A stretch of 61,218 nucleotides of DNA, counting the filler. It is 9 parts of 9 records of this genome, joined end to end, with 100 filler letters (N's around TTAATTAATTAA, not from the genome) between each part and the next. Parts side by side here need not be neighbours in the genome. Positions count along the whole stretch, not along the records: positions 22,864 to 29,938 come from SRR31147125_25639; positions 30,039 to 36,058 come from SRR31147125_25665; positions 36,159 to 41,419 come from SRR31147125_25671; positions 41,520 to 48,567 come from SRR31147125_25685; 5 more parts are not named here. One strand, 5' to 3'. The position numbers were made by a program, and so were the translations under genes. Numbering within the stretch: the first letter of the stretch is position 1; every line of letters begins with the position of its first letter. This document shows positions 28,810 to 43,003 of this stretch, in pieces. The notes beneath the pieces were generated by a model that did not search any database, was not told the origin of the DNA, and worked only from the letters and a program-made list of their open reading frames with translations.

Positions 28810-29938
28810 ATGAGAAAAGTCAAGTCTTTTGGTATCCAGACTGTTGCTTTGCTGGTGATTCTTGTGTTATTCGCGCTGTTGTTCGGCATGCAGATAGGAC
28901 TCGCGAATTTTTTCTCTACTATTATGGCTACGGCCCATGATCTGCTGCTGAATACGGTATTTTTTATCATGGCCATAACGGTACTGTCGGGCGCGTTTGG
29001 CAGTTTCCTGGCTGAATTCGGCATCATAGATCTACTGCAGTATATCCTTTCACCAGTGGTAAGACTGCTGTGGCGTATGCCTGGCACAGCGGCTATCGGC
29101 GCACTCAGCACCTATATTTCGGACAATCCCGCAATCATCGCACTTTCAAAAGACAAGCACTTCATCTCCGATTTTGAGGAGTATCAGAAACCGGCTCTTG
29201 CAAATTTTGGTACCGCTTTCGGTATGGGACTTATTGTAACCGCCTTCATGATGTCATTGGGTTATTTCAGGGAAGCATTCATCGGTAATATCGGGGCGGT
29301 AATCGGGTCGATAGTCTCAACCAGAATCATGCTCAGATTCACACGGAAGAGATTCGCATGCTCAATTGATGCCGGATCGATGTCCAGACAGACAATGGAT
29401 CAAGATGGTGGTAAAAAACGCAGGTACAGAAGAGTGCGTGAACGTGAAATACGTGATGGAAATCTTTTTCAGCGTGTACTCAGTTCCCTGCTTGAAGGCG
29501 GCCGTAACGGCCTTGATATCGGCTTTGAGATTATTCCGGGGGTGCTGGTGATCTGTACCCTGGTACTGCTGATGACTTTCGGTGGGGACAACGGTTATGA
29601 CGGATCGGCCTTTCAGGGGGTGCCGGTTCTGCCTTTTATTGGCAGAATTCTCTATTATCCCATGAAGCTGTTATTCGGTTTTTCATCTCCCGACGCGATA
29701 GCATTCCCGGTTACAGCTCTTGGCGCGGTAGGAGCGGCTCTGGCTCTTGTACCCAGATTCCTGCAGGAGGGGTTGATTGCAGGCAATGATATCGCCGTAT
29801 TTACCGCAATCGGCATGTGCTGGTCGGGATACCTTTCCACCCATATCGCCATGATGGAATCGCTGGGATACCGGTCTCTGACCCCGAAAGCTATTCTTTC
29901 GCATACGATAGGTGGAGTTGCCGCTGGTGTAAGTGCAC
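28810..29938 (+). CDS. Gate-domain membrane protein (CD0519/CD1768-like), 3' truncated
   Basis: TYISDNPAII, NFGTAFGMGL, GMCWSGYLSTH. Confidence 0.7.
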
Positions 29939-30038
29939 NNNNNNNNNNNNNNNNNNNNNNNNNNNNNNNNNNNNNNNNNNNNTTAATTAATTAANNNNNN
30001 NNNNNNNNNNNNNNNNNNNNNNNNNNNNNNNNNNNNNN
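29939..30038. other. Artificial contig spacer
   Basis: N run with TTAATTAATTAA. Confidence 0.99.
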
Positions 30039-30634
30039 ATGCCAGTGGATTATTCCTTTATTTAGAAAACATTTCTAATGCTCGGATATGATTGACTGCC
30101 TGTTAAATTTTTTGTTGTGACCGGTGTCTCAAGCGGACAAAAACCCCGCCCAAAATTCCACTTTTATACGCCCTGTTCCAACAGAATCATACTTTTTAAA
30201 AAACCAAACCATGTTCCATCCGACAGATCAGGTCGACTTGTCCTGATTTAGGAAAACGCATCAGCACCTTCCTGCCCCACAAAAATAGTCTTCAAGCCAT
30301 TACAATATGACGTAATGAGCTCATCACAAAAACAGTAAATACACATCCCTTAGAAAAAGCCTTTTGTAATCTTATTTTTCTAGAAAACAGAAAGCTTTAA
30401 ACATCAGGATCAAAACCTCAAAATCCGAGGCGGTAGCTTGTGAACCAATCCCAAAAGAAACGGAATTGTCTTCAAAAAAACAAAGAAAATATATTTTCAA
30501 CCTTTTCCTAATTTAAAAACCGTCCATAAAAAAGATAGTCAAAAAAATATTTATATCTTAAACTGTTCTCAAACTTTTTTCTTTTAAAGGTAAAGTTCTT
30601 TCCTTGCAAACCTCCAGCGAAAAAACTCAGTATT

Positions 30635-31327
30635 GTGTTTTCTAAATTTTTCATAAAATCCTTTAACGCGTTATTTTTCAATAAATTTTTTCTAATATTT
30701 TTCCTGATATTGATTGTGAACGTTTTTTTTATCTACATGGCCTTCGTTTCAGGAGATACAAGTCTTTATCAGGAAAATAATATTATAGAAAATTTGCAGG
30801 CTATCTGCCTGGCCATAACCTCCTTTATTTGTTTTATAGGGTATTTTTTCATAAAAAAACCTGAAGCCATAATTTCTCTAGGAAATTCTTTGCTTTGCCT
30901 TTCCTTCCTGCTTCGAGAGTTGGATGTTGAAAAATTAAACGTTCCGGAATTCCTCAAGCTCATTGGTAGTGGCATTGGGAAAAATCTCACGCTTTCAGCC
31001 TTATGGTTACTTTTACTAATTTATATGACAACACACTTTAAAGATTTGATAAATTCAACTTTCTTCTCCCGTTTATTAAAACCTGGGATTCTTCTATTTA
31101 CCAGCGGATTGCTTTTGACCTTAAGTCATCTGGTCGAGTCACACATCCTATTGTTTGAACCCTATATGTTTTTCGAAGAGTTGTTGGAACTGAATGGTTA
31201 TATGATACTGCTAATGGCAGGGATAATAACCATTCCAAACCTGATAAATAACCAAAAATTAATGGAAAAGAAAACTTTTAGGGTTGGTATGAAAAAGGGG
31301 CGGAAAAACCTGGAAATTTTGAGCTGA
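30635..31327 (+). CDS. Hypothetical membrane protein
   Basis: ENNIIENLQ, LRELD and FFEELLELNGY motifs, about 6 TM segments; AT-rich; start uncertain. Confidence 0.65.
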   Translation: MFSKFFIKSFNALFFNKFFLIFFLILIVNVFFIYMAFVSGDTSLYQENNIIENLQAICLAITSFICFIGYFFIKKPEAIISLGNSLLCLSFLLRELDVEKLNVPEFLKLIGSGIGKNLTLSALWLLLLIYMTTHFKDLINSTFFSRLLKPGILLFTSGLLLTLSHLVESHILLFEPYMFFEELLELNGYMILLMAGIITIPNLINNQKLMEKKTFRVGMKKGRKNLEILS

Positions 31328-31450
31328 TTCGATTTAAAAACAGAATATCCCTTGCAAAAGATAGGACATTCGAGACATCAACAATAAAATTGATGGATTT
31401 GCAAGTGGTTAGTATACTTCAACAATCTGCTCCCTCATACAATGTAAATC

Positions 31451-31493
31451 AAAAAAAACAGCCCCTGTTCTTAGAGACAGGGGCTGTTTTTTT
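31451..31493. terminator. Bidirectional intrinsic terminator
   Basis: A8-CAGCCCCTGT...ACAGGGGCTG-T7 between convergent genes. Confidence 0.88.
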
Positions 31494-31555
31494 CCATAAA
31501 CCTGTAACAAATCCGGCCGAAGACTCTCTTAAGTTTTTTCTGAGTCTTTTCCGGA

Positions 31556-31831
31556 TCAGGCTACTTGCTTCAAACGCCTGCGAAACCGGGGCCTTTCAGA
31601 GATAAACTCTTCAATCTCATTCACCCCGGGAATTCTACCTGCCACTCGGACGCTGTCGTCAATCAGTAAAGCCGGAGAAACGTACACCCTGTTGTCGATC
31701 ATCTTTTTGGAGTCCCGGTGTAAATGTACCTCCGCCTCGACACCGGATCGGGTTAGTGCTTCACGAACATTTTTGAGAACCAGATCACAAGGTTTTCCGC
31801 CTTCAGGTTTACAAAGGATGTCTATGCGCAT
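31556..31831 (-). CDS. Small thioredoxin-fold protein (Thioredoxin_3-like)
   Basis: VYVSPALLIDD..RVAGRIP C-terminal motif; GGAGG RBS. Confidence 0.75.
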   Translation of the reverse strand: MRIDILCKPEGGKPCDLVLKNVREALTRSGVEAEVHLHRDSKKMIDNRVYVSPALLIDDSVRVAGRIPGVNEIEEFISERPRFRRRLKQVA

Positions 31832-32016
31832 AACACCTCCCTTCTAGAAATATTTATAACTTTTTTAGTAATTATTATACCCTTAGAATCAGAAAAAGCA
31901 ACGAATTTCCACTATTTTTCTCAATACTTAAGCATTTATATTAGGATTGGTTTAATTTCCCTGTTACTCAGCTTTTCCGTGGAAAATCATCTCAAGATCT
32001 GTTGCCAATCCTTTTT

Positions 32017-34631
32017 TCAGTCCTGCCCGCTGTGGGTCACAATCAAATGTCCATCCTGCTCAGCAATAGAAATCATTTCCCCGTCATAAATATCCCCTTG
32101 AATCAAAGAGCGGCCTATGCGAGTTTCCAATTCATGCTGCAGAAATCGCTTAAGAGGGCGGGCGCCGTAAACCGGCTCATAAGCTGTTCGAGCGATGAAC
32201 TCGACCGCCGCATCGGTAAGTTGCAGATCGAGACGCCTTGATTCCAGACGCTTGCGAAGATCCTTTATCAGCAAGAAGATAATCTCCTTTATTTCATTCA
32301 TGGACAAAGGTTTAAACAACACAATGTCATCGACGCGGTTAAGAAATTCAGGACGGAAATTGCGCCGCAATTCCCCCATGACCGCCTTCCGGGACTCCTC
32401 ACGGATCATGCCATCATCCGTCACACCCTCCAAAAGGTACTGAGAGCCAACGTTCGACGTCATGATTATTACCGTGTTCTTAAAATCTATGGTCCGGCCC
32501 TGCGAATCGGTTACACGTCCATCATCTAAAATTTGCAGAAGAACATTAAAAACATCGTTATGGGCCTTTTCAACCTCGTCAAAAAGGATAACGGAATAGG
32601 GCTTGCGACGGACAGCCTCGGTCAGCTGCCCCCCTCTTCGTAACCGACATATCCAGGAGGAGCCCCCAGCAGGCGGCTGACCGTGTGTTTTTCCATGTAC
32701 TCCGACATGTCAATCCTCACCATCTGGTCCTCGCTATCGAAAAGCGTCTCGGCAAGGGTTTTGGCCAACTCGGTTTTCCCCACCCCGGTCGGCCCCAGAA
32801 AAATAAAGGAACCTATGGGGCGCCTAGGATCCTTGATCCCGGAGCGGGAGCGGATAATGGCATCCGCCACCAGCTGCACGGCCTCATTCTGGCCCACAAC
32901 CCGCTGGTGGAGAACCTGGTCCAGCTTGAGGAGTTTTTCCCTCTCCGCTTCCACCAGCCGGGTTACCGGAATACCGGTCCATCTCGACACGATATCGGCA
33001 ATTTCCTCTTCAGCCACCTCTTCGCGCAGCAGCCGGTTGCCGCTCTCCTGGGTTCTGACCCGCCCTTCGCTTTCATGGAGATCCTTTTCCAGTTGCGGAA
33101 GACGTCCATGTTTTAATTCAGCCGCGCGATTAAGGTCATATTCCCGCTCAGCAACAATAATTTCCTGGTTGACCTTTTCAATCTCCTCGCGAATTTTCTG
33201 AACTTTACTGATTCCGTCTTTTTCCAAACTCCATTGAGCCGAAAGTCGGTCAGCCTCATATTTGTGTTCCGCCAGCTCTTTCCTCAGGCTTTCGAGGCGT
33301 TCCCGGCTGGCCGGGTCCTTTTCTTTTTTCAGCGCCGCCTCTTCAATTTCCAGCTGCATGACCCTGCGGGTGACAGCATCGAGTTCAGCAGGCAGCGAGT
33401 CGATCTCGGTTCGAATCATGGCGCAGGCCTCATCCACCAGGTCGATGGCCTTGTCGGGCAGGAAGCGATCGGAGATATAACGCTGACTCAGAGTGGCCGC
33501 AGCCACCAGAGCATTGTCCTGGATGCGAACCCCATGATGCACCTCGAACCTCTCTTTGAGACCGCGGAGGATGCTGATGGTGTCCTCAACCGTCGGCTCC
33601 TCCACCAGCAAAGGCTGAAAACGCCGTTCCAGGGCCTTGTCCTTTTCGATGTATTGGCGGTATTCATCCAGGGTCGTGGCGCCGATACAATGCAATTCCC
33701 CGCGTGCAAGCATTGGCTTGAGCATATTGCCGGCATCCATGGAGCCTTCTGTCTTACCTGCTCCGACAATGGTATGGAGCTCGTCGATAAACAGGATAAT
33801 CCGACCATCACTCCCTTTAATTTCGCTCAGGACAGCTTTGAGTCTCTCTTCAAACTCCCCTCGGAATTTGGCGCCGGCAATCAGAGAACCCATATCAAGG
33901 GCAAAAACCCTCTTTTCTTTCAACCCCTCGGGCACATCCCCCCGTACAATGCGGTGCGCCAGCCCTTCCACCACCGCGGTTTTCCCGACACCAGGCTCTC
34001 CGATCAGAACCGGGTTGTTTTTGGTTTTCCGGGAAAGAACCCGGATAATTCTCCGAATTTCATCATCCCGGCCGATGACAGGATCAAGTTTCCCCTTTTC
34101 AACCTCTTCAACCAGATCACGGCCGTATTTTTCCAGAGCTTCATAGGTCCCCTCGGGATCCTGGCTGGTCACACGCTGGTTGCCCCTGACCTGGGCCAGA
34201 ACTTCCAATATCCGGTCCTTGCGGATACCGAACTGCTTTAACAATCTGCCGACGAGAGTGCTCTCACTTTCGTTACACAAGGCCAGAAGGATATGCTCCA
34301 CGCTGATATATTCATCTTTCAGATGGTTCGCTTCTTCCTCGGCTTTGAGAAAAACCCTGTTCATTCTCTGCGTCACATAGATACGGCCTGCTTCCGCGCC
34401 CGAACCGGACATGGAGGGCCGCCTGGCCAGCTCCTTTTCGAGCGATCGAGAAAATGTCTCCGCTGACACCCCGATCTTCTCAAGCAGACGTGGGATCAAT
34501 CCACCCTTCTGCTCCAGAAGGGCGGCAAGCAGATGTTCGGCATCCACTTCCACATGTCCGTACTTAACCGCCTTGTTTTGGGCATTCTGGACTGCTTCCT
34601 GGGTTTTTTCCGTCATTTTATTCATATTCAT
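32017..34631 (-). CDS. clpB: Chaperone ClpB (one G missing at 32629-34)
   Basis: [16 protein letters not shown], coiled-coil M domain, [36 protein letters not shown]. Confidence 0.96.
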
Positions 34632-34661
34632 AGCCAAGGATTTCCTTCATATTTTTAAAAC

Positions 34662-34694
34662 AAAGCCCGGTTAGGGATTCCCCGCCGGGCTTTT
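34662..34694 (-). terminator. Stem-loop/terminator between hsp20 and clpB
   Basis: AAAGCCCGG...CCGGGCTTT followed by GTTTT on the minus strand. Confidence 0.65.
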
Positions 34695-34717
34695 TGATGT
34701 CGCGATATTTCAGGCCA

Positions 34718-35116
34718 TCAATGCCTGGTCTCGATTTTGATCTGTTTCGGTTTAGCCGCCTCCGCCTTGGGAAGTTTAAGGGTCAGAACTCCATCATTGT
34801 ATTCGGCCGTCACTTTCTCATGGTCAATCCCGTCATACAGTTGAAATCTTCGGTGGTAGTCGCGTGGCTCAAATTCCTGATGGATGTTTTCGTCTTTCTG
34901 CCCACTCGCCGCACAGCCTTCAATGACCAGTATATCATCCTCGATGCCGATGGAAATCCCCTCTTTGTCCGCTCCAGGCATATCAGCCACCAGGGTCAAA
35001 CCCTCCTCATCCTCCAGAATATCGACCGGAGGAATGAAAAAATGTTTCCGGTTGCGGGTTTCCTCGGCCTTTTCGATATTGTTGACCTGTTGCGTTGTCA
35101 CCCCTCTGTTTTCCAT
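34718..35116 (-). CDS. Hsp20/alpha-crystallin small heat-shock protein
   Basis: PPVDILE, ADMPG, YNDGVLTLKLPKAE; TAAGGAG RBS. Confidence 0.92.
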   Translation of the reverse strand: MENRGVTTQQVNNIEKAEETRNRKHFFIPPVDILEDEEGLTLVADMPGADKEGISIGIEDDILVIEGCAASGQKDENIHQEFEPRDYHRRFQLYDGIDHEKVTAEYNDGVLTLKLPKAEAAKPKQIKIETRH

Positions 35117-35164
35117 TTTATGTCTCCTTAACATATCTATATTATCTGATTTAAAAAATCATCC

Positions 35165-35619
35165 TTAAGCTGCTTGCACCAGAACTTTTTAGGTTTGGCC
35201 TCTTCCGCCTTGGGAAGCGTGACCCGCAGCAGACCATCTTTGTAGGTGGCTTCAGCTTTGGTCGAATCAATTGAATATGGCAGTTCAATGGTTCGCATAA
35301 ACCTACCGCCTCCCCTTTCCCGACGATGGTATACATGTTTGCCTTCGTTCGGGATTTCAACCTTTCGTTCTCCGGAAAGGGTCAGGGTGTTGCGAAGGAC
35401 ATTCATTTCCACATCTTCAGGCTTGATACCAGGGAGCAGAGCTTCGACATAAATATTATCTTCATCCTGATAAACATTCACTTTTGGCAGTTTGCGACCG
35501 GTCAATTCTGGGTAAAATAACCTTTCCAGCGTTCTACGTCCGCTGCCAATGCCCCTGAGAACCTCGTCCATTTCCCTGCTCATGCTTTCCATTTCTGTGA
35601 ATAAATCCCAACGTGCCAT
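35165..35619 (-). CDS. Hsp20 small heat-shock protein (A-run error near the 3' end)
   Basis: PKVNVYQD, LSGER, RRERGGGRFMR, YKDGLLRVTLPK; +1 A gives the KPKKVLVQAA end. Confidence 0.92.
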
Positions 35620-35672
35620 TTTATTACCTCCTCTTTGGATTTGTTGTTGTTTCGTATTTGCTCTTATAGGAT

Positions 35673-35689
35673 TCCAAATGGCATGCCAG
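35673..35689 (-). promoter_or_regulatory. Sigma-54 (-24/-12) promoter
   Basis: CTGGCATGCCATTTGGA versus consensus TGGCAC-N5-TTGCW. Confidence 0.65.
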
Positions 35690-35758
35690 ATTTTAAAAAA
35701 TTTTTTTCCTTGTGTTTTTAGATAGTTAGAAGTTTTCAGAATATTAACTTCATACCCG

Positions 35759-35802
35759 TGCAACATTGCAACATGTTGCATGGCGACACTTGCGACGTCG
35801 CA
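35759..35802. promoter_or_regulatory. Putative enhancer (UAS) for a sigma-54 activator
   Basis: Two related dyads, TGCAACATTGCAACATGTTGCA and GGCGACACTTGCGACGTCGCA, 70-115 bp upstream of the -24 element. Confidence 0.6.
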
Positions 35803-35841
35803 GGCAAAAGCGATCTTAAGATGATAATTAAATCAGAATTT

Positions 35842-36058
35842 TCAAGAATCTAGGTCCTTTCGGGCAAGACCCAGCTTCCGCAGATAACGATATATTGTGA
35901 CTCGATGAACTCCCAGCCGTCTTGCAGCTTCAGAGATATTGCCATCAGCCGCCAGATACGCTTGCCGAACGTCTTCTTCTTTGAGTTTGGCGGAAAGCGT
36001 CGATTTGCTGTTTGCCGGTTTGGAAGGAAGAACCTCCACCTGTAACACCTGCTCTTCG
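35842..36058 (-). CDS. C-terminal Fis-type HTH of a probable sigma-54 enhancer-binding protein (5' truncated)
   Basis: ADGNISEAARRLGVHRVTIYRYLRKLG. Confidence 0.8.
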
Positions 36059-36158
36059 NNNNNNNNNNNNNNNNNNNNNNNNNNNNNNNNNNNNNNNNNN
36101 NNTTAATTAATTAANNNNNNNNNNNNNNNNNNNNNNNNNNNNNNNNNNNNNNNNNNNN
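36059..36158. other. Artificial contig spacer
   Basis: N run with TTAATTAATTAA. Confidence 0.99.
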
Positions 36159-36184
36159 CAAATCCGTGATGGAATTAACTACCA

Positions 36185-39705
<3,521 letters not shown>

Positions 39706-39951
39706 CTCTTTATTCCCCTATTTTTTAATTAAAAAAGATATTGTTATTAATAGGGTCTGTCCATATGTTTAAAAAGGTACAACATTTTAATTTTATAAAT
39801 AATTTTTATAAAAAGGCCTGTCAATAAAGTGGTCAATAACTATTCTATAAGTTGCCGGTTTTCATCACACTTCATCGTTTTGTTAACAAAAGGCGACTTA
39901 TGAACATCTTATGATACGTCCGTTGTTGATAAAGTAGATCCATATTAAACG
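39706..39951. other. Putative replication origin (oriC)
   Basis: AT-rich, directly upstream of dnaN; tandem DnaA-like boxes (39758-74) next to CCC and trio-like TAT TAA TAA CAA TAT; five more degenerate boxes. Confidence 0.6.
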
Positions 39952-40485
39952 CTAAACCTCTTCTGCCGAGACCCACTTTTTCATTGCGGGCACGATTTGA
40001 CTCAACCACTCTTCGGACAGGCGTACTTTGATAAAGGATTGATACAGTTTGTCTACCAACTGAAACGATTTGTCGTAGAGATAGATTTTTTCCAGGACCG
40101 CCCCCTCCTTGTCATCCGGAGATTCTATCGGTCCGCTCTCGGGAAGTTTCAATCCCGAAAAGCTCAAGTTCTCGCCTTTGATGGCAAACTGCCATTTCAA
40201 AGTGCCGCTTTTATAGATCATATGCATGTCGGTAATCAAAGCCCCTTTGCGCAGAGCCAGCAGGGCCTCCTCCAGACCGGCGGCATCTCCCTTGATGGTG
40301 ATACTCTCCTTTCCGTTGGCCAGCCGATTTTCAAGTACCATACGGTTGCCGACATTCAGATCCAGCATGTCGGGATCGCATTGGCGGATGGTTTCCATTT
40401 CGTTCTCAATGGTGTACCAGAGCCAGGTCAAAAATTCATTCCCCAGGAAGCGGTATCTATTGTAAGCGACAGCAATATCGAGCAT
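39952..40485 (-). CDS. RdgC-like protein (C-terminal-half type)
   Basis: FLGNEFLTWLWY and EEALLALRKG motifs, paired with the upstream RdgC-like gene. Confidence 0.65.
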   Translation of the reverse strand: MLDIAVAYNRYRFLGNEFLTWLWYTIENEMETIRQCDPDMLDLNVGNRMVLENRLANGKESITIKGDAAGLEEALLALRKGALITDMHMIYKSGTLKWQFAIKGENLSFSGLKLPESGPIESPDDKEGAVLEKIYLYDKSFQLVDKLYQSFIKVRLSEEWLSQIVPAMKKWVSAEEV

Positions 40486-40501
40486 GGTGAGTTTGGTCTA
40501 T

Positions 40502-40552
40502 CCTTATCTTTGGGCCTTATCTTTGGGCCTTATCTTTAGGCCTTATCTGTAG
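40502..40552 (+). repeat. 13-bp tandem repeat, about 4 copies
   Basis: CCTTATCTTTGGG x2, CCTTATCTTTAGG, CCTTATCTGTAG. Confidence 0.9.
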
Positions 40553-40600
40553 CCTATATCTATATACCTTAGCTACGAACCTTATTTTCGGATTTTATCT

Positions 40601-41215
40601 TCAGGCCTCATCATCAGCGTAAGCCATTTTCTCCAGGGCATCGCGCTGCTGGTCGGAGAGCGATGAATCGGAGTGGGCCATGGTGTATGGGATCATACGG
40701 ATCAGGTGGAGGCCGAATGTTTTATAAAAGAGGGTCTCAAGATGCTCGTTGGCGCTTTTGAGATTGGAAAAAAAGCAGACCACGCCATCTTCATATTGCC
40801 ATACCACATCGTATATATTGGGGGTTGCCGGTATTTTTTGGTTAAGTCGTTGGACGATCTGATCTTTGAGTGCATCTTTTTCGTCTTTTGATAAAAAATC
40901 ACGCTCCAGCGACTTCATCCGTTTGGTTGATTCACCAGCAAAGTGCTTCTGAATAAGTTTGGGCGGAATGGCTTTTTTATCGACCCGCAGGGAAAAAACA
41001 ACGTGCGTGCCGATCAGAAAACTGGATCCCTCAAAATCGGGTTCGAACGGATTTTTGAAACTGGTCCAACCGACTGTTTCATCCGATGGCTGACCGTCAA
41101 TATCGGTAATGGAAAATCGTTTGAGGCCGTTTTCGATGGTATCGATAATCGGTTTTTCCAATTGTCCTTCCACCCGGTAGCGGGTGGCTGAAGTTGTTGA
41201 CGAGAGTAAACCCAT
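40601..41215 (-). CDS. rdgC: Recombination-associated RdgC-like protein (N-terminal-half type)
   Basis: MGLLS...[30 protein letters not shown]. Confidence 0.7.
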   Translation of the reverse strand: MGLLSSTTSATRYRVEGQLEKPIIDTIENGLKRFSITDIDGQPSDETVGWTSFKNPFEPDFEGSSFLIGTHVVFSLRVDKKAIPPKLIQKHFAGESTKRMKSLERDFLSKDEKDALKDQIVQRLNQKIPATPNIYDVVWQYEDGVVCFFSNLKSANEHLETLFYKTFGLHLIRMIPYTMAHSDSSLSDQQRDALEKMAYADDEA

Positions 41216-41419
41216 GTTCGCCTTTTAAATACAATATGGTGTAGGTGGTATATTTATAAACACCTAAATATAGCTACTAAAGCCATATAAAACAAGCTGT
41301 TTTTAACGCCGCTCCAAGAGCGGTCGTCGTGCGTGAATTGGGGTGAGTGGTTGACAAGTAAATGGATATTTTAATATGTTTAAAGGCTTATCGTAAGCAC
41401 TCAAAAAGGTTGGAAAAAA

Positions 41420-41519
41420 NNNNNNNNNNNNNNNNNNNNNNNNNNNNNNNNNNNNNNNNNNNNTTAATTAATTAANNNNNNNNNNNNNNNNNNNNNNNNN
41501 NNNNNNNNNNNNNNNNNNN
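41420..41519. other. Artificial contig spacer
   Basis: N run with TTAATTAATTAA. Confidence 0.99.
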
Positions 41520-41669
41520 AATCCATCTGGCGAGTGGTTTTGGCTGGTAGACCAAAACAACAAACATAATTTGAAGCAGGATAAAGTAGGCCCATGGAAA
41601 GCTCCATATCATAATGCCCGATCTTGTCTTGAATTGTTGAATAGATTGGACTGTAAGGTAATTGGTTAA
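41520..41669 (+). CDS. 3' end of an AGE-family epimerase (cellobiose 2-epimerase-like); not in the ORF track
   Basis: GEWFWLVD...DKVGPWKAPYHNARSCLE. Confidence 0.8.
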   Translation, partial: NPSGEWFWLVDQNNKHNLKQDKVGPWKAPYHNARSCLELLNRLDCKVIG

Positions 41670-42046
41670 TGTTTCTTTTTGCGGAATGCAGATGGTACAA
41701 ATGTAAAATTCTTAACACCCAGCTTTCTTGCCAGCAGTTCGAGGCCGATTAATGAAAATCCACCCCCGGGGATTATGGAGATTGTGCTGAAAACAGAAAA
41801 ACGGCCAATATCTTTTAGTTGTTCAAAGGCTTCTTTTACTTCTTCTTTCGTTGGAGGGGTTTTTCTTGTGCTTAAGCATAGTTTATCTTCCAGCATGCGG
41901 AAAAACAAGCGAGCCATGTCTTTGGTTTCCCTGGCCTCCTGCCCAAGGCCAGCCATTCCGGTTCGTATGGCTCTTTGTGATTGAATGGCAAACTTTCGTG
42001 CCATTCGTCTATGTTTTAAATTTTTTACTCTATACTTAAGTAACAT
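41666..42046 (-). CDS. Hypothetical protein (weakly LETM1-like)
   Basis: EARETKDM...EQLKDIGR...IPGG...VPSAF; translationally coupled to mlaD. Confidence 0.6.
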   Translation of the reverse strand: MLLKYRVKNLKHRRMARKFAIQSQRAIRTGMAGLGQEARETKDMARLFFRMLEDKLCLSTRKTPPTKEEVKEAFEQLKDIGRFSVFSTISIIPGGGFSLIGLELLARKLGVKNFTFVPSAFRKKKH

Positions 42047-42986
42047 TACTTTTTCTTTTTCTTCTTCTTAGAAAACAGGTTGACAACCCAGCTATCTTCA
42101 ATTGCCTGTGCGGTTTCAACAATTTCTTCTATGCCAGAGTTCACATTAAAAATAGTTGTGTCTATCTGGTATGCCAACATGGTATCGTATAGAACTTTGC
42201 TCATTACATTATCGCTGTCTTTCATAAGAATAACAGTTTCTTCAAGTTCCTTTGTAAACCGGTTGGCATTTTGCGACGCTTCATTTAGCTCCACCATAAT
42301 TTCTGATAGTTGGGTTGTAAGCATATCTTCGTTAATCAGCTTTGCAACATCACCATCACCGTTATTTACTTTTTCGATATTTCGTTCAATTCTTTTGTGA
42401 GCGATAAAAAATTTGATGAGGCCATTTCCAGTTTGTCTGTTATTGATGATGAATTGATCAATTGCCCCAAGTCTCCGTCTCCGTGATTTATCTTCTCTGA
42501 AATTTCATTTAGATTATCGGCAATTACAGAAACTTTCTCAACAATACGCTCAGTTTCTGATAAAATATCTTCAACATTTATGGTTTTTCTTGTAAGCAGT
42601 ACATCGCCTTCTTCTATGCTTTCCGAATTAGGCGTACCAGGGAATATCATAAGGTTTTTACTGCCCATAATACCTTCAGTACTAATTTCAACCTTAGAAT
42701 CTTTTTTTATAAACTTTTGTACGTTTTCCTGAATGGCCATAACTACTTTTACAGTCGTATCATTTTCAATAACAATATTCGAAACTGTCCCGACATTTAT
42801 GCCGGAAAAATTTATGTTGTTGCCTATTTTTAAGCCTTTTACATCAGTAAAATAAGCATTGATTTTAGTATTCGATTTAAAAAGATTTTGGTTGCTCCCT
42901 ATATAGTATATACCAATAATAAATATGGCGATACCTACTGTAATAAAAATTCCTAGTTTTAATAAATATCTTTTTTCTGTTTTCAT
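42046..42986 (-). CDS. mlaD: MlaD/MCE-family protein (A-run frameshift at about 42370)
   Basis: TM anchor, VKGLKIG..SGINVGTV, ISTEGIMG; repeated KIN.GDGD..LIN helical units across the two frames. Confidence 0.85.
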
Positions 42987-43003
42987 CTGATAGAATATTA
43001 GTT

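Noticed and set aside
30039-30634. About 600-bp non-coding stretch as a riboswitch or sRNA
   Set aside because: No recognisable aptamer motif or strong structure found by eye on either strand; an Rfam scan would be needed.
32683-34674. Long antisense ORFs over clpB (and similar ones over gyrB, dnaN, tpiA and the ABC genes)
   Set aside because: Shadow frames of conserved GC-rich genes; no RBS or recognisable motifs.
40502-40570. CRISPR array
   Set aside because: 13-bp units are contiguous with no spacers, and no cas genes are present anywhere in the window.
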